Shown: in pieces, positions 61,201 through 64,000 of the stretch
How the letters are laid out: each line of letters begins with the position of its first letter
Numbering within the stretch: the first letter of the stretch is position 1
From: Eledone cirrhosa
Taxonomy: Eukaryota
Assembly (NCBI GenBank): GCA_964016885.1
Contig: OZ024743.1
Coordinates: 107,384,001-107,448,000 of the forward strand
Reading direction: 5' to 3'
DNA: 64,000 nucleotides
Notes under the pieces: generated by a model
Told to the model about the DNA's origin: nothing
The model's database searches: none
What the model saw: the letters and a program-made list of their open reading frames with translations, nothing else
Made by a program: the position numbers and the translations under genes

Positions 61201-64000
61201 AGCACTACCGGCATCAACAACAGTAACAACACCAACCCCCAGCACAACCAGCATCAACAACATAACAACACCAACCCCCAGCACAACCAGCATCAACAAC
61301 AGTAACAACACCAACTCCCAGCACAACCAGCATTAACAACAGTAACAACACCAACTCCCAGCACAACCAGCATCAACAACAGTAACAACACCAACCCCCA
61401 GCACTACCAGCATCAACAACAGTAACAACACCAACTCCCAGCACAACCAGCATCAACAACATAACAACACCAACCCCCAGCACAACCAGCATCAACAACA
61501 GTAACAACACCAACTCCCAGCACAACCAGCATTAACAACAGTAACAACACCAACTCCCAGCACAACCATCATCAACAACAGTAACATCACCAACCCCCAG
61601 CACAACCAGCATCAACAACAGTAACAACACCAAACCCCAGCACAACCAGCATCAACAACAGTAATAACACCAACCCCCAGCACAACCATCATCAACGACA
61701 GTAACAATACCAACCCCCAGGACAACCAGCATCAACAACTGTAACAACACCAACCCCCAGCACTACCAGCATCAACAACAGTAACAACACCAACTCCCAG
61801 CACAACCATCATCAACAACAGTAACAACACCAACCCCCAGCACTACCAGCATCAGCAACAGTAACAACACCAACCCCCAGCACTACCAGCATCAACAACA
61901 GTAACAACACCAACCCCCAGCACAACCAGCATCAACAACAGTAACAACACCAACCTCCAGCACAACCATCATCAACAACAGAACAACACCAACCCCCAGC
62001 ACGACCAGCATCAACAACAGTAACAACACCAACCCCCAGCACTACCAGCATCAACAACAGTAACAACACCAACTCCCAGCACAACCATCATCAACAACAG
62101 TAACAACGCCAACCCCAGTACAAACAGCATCAACAACAGTAACAAAACCAACCCCCAACACTACCAGCATCAACAACATAACAACACCAACCCCCAGCAC
62201 AACCAGCATCAACAACAGTAACAAAACCAACTCCCAGCACAACCAGCAATAAACAACAGTAACATCACCAACTCCCAGCACAACCAGCAACAACAACAGT
62301 AACACCACCAAGCCCCAGCACAACCAGTATCAACTCCACTAACACCAACAACCCCCATCACAACCAGCATCAACAACAGTAACAAAACCAACTCCCAGCA
62401 CAACCAGCAATAAACAACAGTAACAACACCAACCCCCAGCACGACCAGCATCAACAACAGTAACAACACCAACCCCCAGCACTACCAGCATCAACAACAG
62501 TAACAACACCAACTCCCAGCACAACCATCATCAACAACACAAACAATACCAACCCCCAGCACAACCAGCATCAACAACAGTAACAACACCAACCCCCAGC
62601 ACAACCAACATCAACAACAGTAACATCACCAACCCCCAGCACTACCAGCATCAACAACAGTAACAACACCAACCCCCAGCACTACCAGCATCAACAACAG
62701 TAACATCACCAACCCCCAGCACAACCAGCATCAACAACAGTAACAACACCAACCCCCAGCACAACCAACATCAACAACAGTAACATCACCAACCCCCAGC
62801 ACTACCAGCATCAACAACAGTAACAACACCAACCCCCAGCACTACCAGCATCAACAACAGTAACATCACCAACCCCCAGCACAACCAGCATCAACAACAG
62901 TAACAACACCAACCCCCAGCACAACCAACATCAACAACAGTAACATCACCAACCCCCAGCACTAACAGCATCAACAACAGTAACAACACCAACCCCCAGC
63001 ACTACCAGCATCAACAACAGTAACATCACCAACCCCCAGCACTACCAGCATCAACAACAGTAACAACACCAACCCCCAGCACAATCAGCATCAACAACAG
63101 TAACAACACCAACCGCAGCACAATCAGCATCAACAACAGTAACATCACCAACCCCCAGCACAACCAGCATCAACAACAGTAACATCACCAACCCCCAGCA
63201 CAACCAGCATCAACAACAGTAACAACACCAACTACCAGCATCAACAACAGTAACAACACCAACCCCCAGCACTACCAGCATCAACAACAGTAACAACACC
63301 AAGCCCCAGCACAACCAGCATCAACAACAGTAACAACACCAACCCCCAGCACTACCAGCATCAACAACAGTATCAACACCAACTCCCAGCACAACCATCA
63401 TCAACAACAGTAACAACACCAACCCCCAGCACTACCAGCATCAACAACAGTAACAACACCAACCCCCAGCACAACTAGCATCAACAACAGTAACAACACC
63501 AACCCCCAGCACTACCAGCATCAACAACAGTAACAACACCAACCCCCAGCACTACCAGCATCAACAACAGTAACAACACCAACCCCCAGCACAACTAGCA
63601 TCAACAACAGTAACAACACCAACCCCCAGCACTACTAGCATCAACAACAGTAACAACACCAACTCCCAGCACTACCAGCATCAACAACAGTAACAACACC
63701 AACCCCCAGCACTACCAGCATCAACAACAGTAACAACACCAACCCCCAGCACTACCAGCATCAACAACAGTAACATGACCAACCCCCAGCACTAACAGCA
63801 TCAACAACAGTAACAACACCAACCCCCAGCACAACCAGCATAAACAACAGTAACAACACCAACCCCCAGCACTACCAGCATCAACAACAGTAACAACACC
63901 AACCCCCAGCACAACCAGCATCAACAACAGTAACAACACCAACCCCCAGCACTACCAGCATCAACAACAGTAACAACATCAACCCCCAGCACTACCAGCA
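55260..64000. repeat. Dispersed duplication, offset 7290 bp (about 55260-56710 repeated at about 62550-64000, truncated by the window end)
   Basis: ACTAACAGCA at 55671/62961, 9-bp-deleted monomer at 55941/63231, TAACATGACC at 56481/63771, TAACAACATC at 56681/63971; identical pseudo-ORFs at 56431/63721. Confidence 0.92.
59150..62575. repeat. Duplication with offset about 2035-2075 bp that includes the most diverged monomers
   Basis: ATCAGCAAC (about 59815/61851), ACGCCAACCCCAGTACAAAC (about 60071/62106), TATCAACTCCACTAACACCAACAACCCCCATCAC (about 60293/62328); pseudo-ORFs at 60016/62051 and 60304/62339. Confidence 0.88.

Larger units (their letters stand above)
1..64000. repeat. Tandem satellite array, 40-bp monomer TCAACAACAGTAACAACACCAACCCCCAGCACAACCAGCA, about 1,600 copies, extending beyond both window ends
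   Basis: Seen directly: the monomer recurs every 40 bp (e.g. 17641-17760, 63841-63960), usually with 0-3 substitutions per copy and occasional 1-bp or 9-bp indels. No inversion or non-repeat interruption was found anywhere. Confidence 0.99.

Noticed and set aside
6078-63942. All minus-strand ORFs in the track (60-129 aa; Leu/Val-rich, signal-peptide- or transmembrane-like, with Cys-rich ends)
   Set aside because: They are translations of the GT-rich repeat strand. The three peptide motifs are the three frames of one monomer, ORFs overlap in different frames, and they lengthen only where an indel or substitution bypasses the periodic TGA. No unique domain is present.
1-64000. CRISPR array or other repeat-spacer system
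   Set aside because: Monomers abut directly with no unique spacers, there is no palindromic repeat, and no leader or cas genes are present.
1-64000. Intact giant mucin, adhesin or polyQ/polyN coding exon on the + strand
   Set aside because: The dominant unit is 40 bp, so translation rotates through frames and meets TAA (CAG TAA) about every 120 bp. ATG is nearly absent on +. The reproducible C4/C5 pattern argues against systematic frameshift errors. Kept only as a possible evolutionary origin.
1-64000. Canonical telomerase-synthesised telomere tract
   Set aside because: There is no TTAGGG-, TTTAGGG- or TTAGG-type unit. The 40-bp monomer and multi-kb block duplications of variants indicate recombination or replication-based amplification rather than repeated copying of one RNA template.
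1-64000. Transposon or retroelement insertion, inversion, or RNA gene hidden in the array
   Set aside because: Reading through the window, every segment aligns to the monomer in the same orientation, with no terminal repeats, target-site duplications or unique sequence. The A/C-rich strand has very little self-complementarity for structured RNA.
1-64000. Variant order as an information-bearing code or programmed diversification cassette
   Set aside because: The variant patterns are adequately explained by point mutation plus nested duplication and deletion. No associated enzyme, recombination site or expression locus is visible.
1-64000. Arrayed transcription-factor motifs (e.g. CAACA, or CTGTTG matching the MYB core CNGTTR on the minus strand)
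   Set aside because: Such short motifs are expected by chance in an AC-rich monomer, and without organism or binding data there is no support for function.
1-64000. Whole array as a sequencing or assembly artefact
   Set aside because: Ordered rare variants shared between blocks, together with private differences and regional lineages, look like real evolutionary history. Copy number of individual blocks still needs read-level confirmation.

Overview
The whole 64 kb window is one uninterrupted head-to-tail tandem repeat (satellite/minisatellite-type) array of roughly 1,600 copies (64,000/40) of a 40-bp monomer, consensus TCAACAACAGTAACAACACCAACCCCCAGCACAACCAGCA (18 A, 17 C, 3 G, 2 T). All copies are in the same orientation, and the array runs off both ends of the window. 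I found no unique sequence, protein-coding gene, RNA gene, CRISPR array or mobile element. All the short minus-strand ORFs in the track are translations of the repeat itself. The real structure lies in the monomer variants: (i) regional domains, each with its own diagnostic variants; (ii) nested, irregular higher-order duplications from 80 bp to about 7.5 kb; (iii) linked length variants of 31, 39 and 41 bp; and (iv) an internal (NCA)n triplet periodicity, so that the 39-bp variant reads as a mucin-like PAQSASTTVTTPT unit. The organism and the satellite family cannot be identified from sequence alone; a eukaryotic source is likely but is an inference. The sequence gives no support for a new protein-based system. 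Block boundaries below were estimated by eye and are accurate to within a few monomers.
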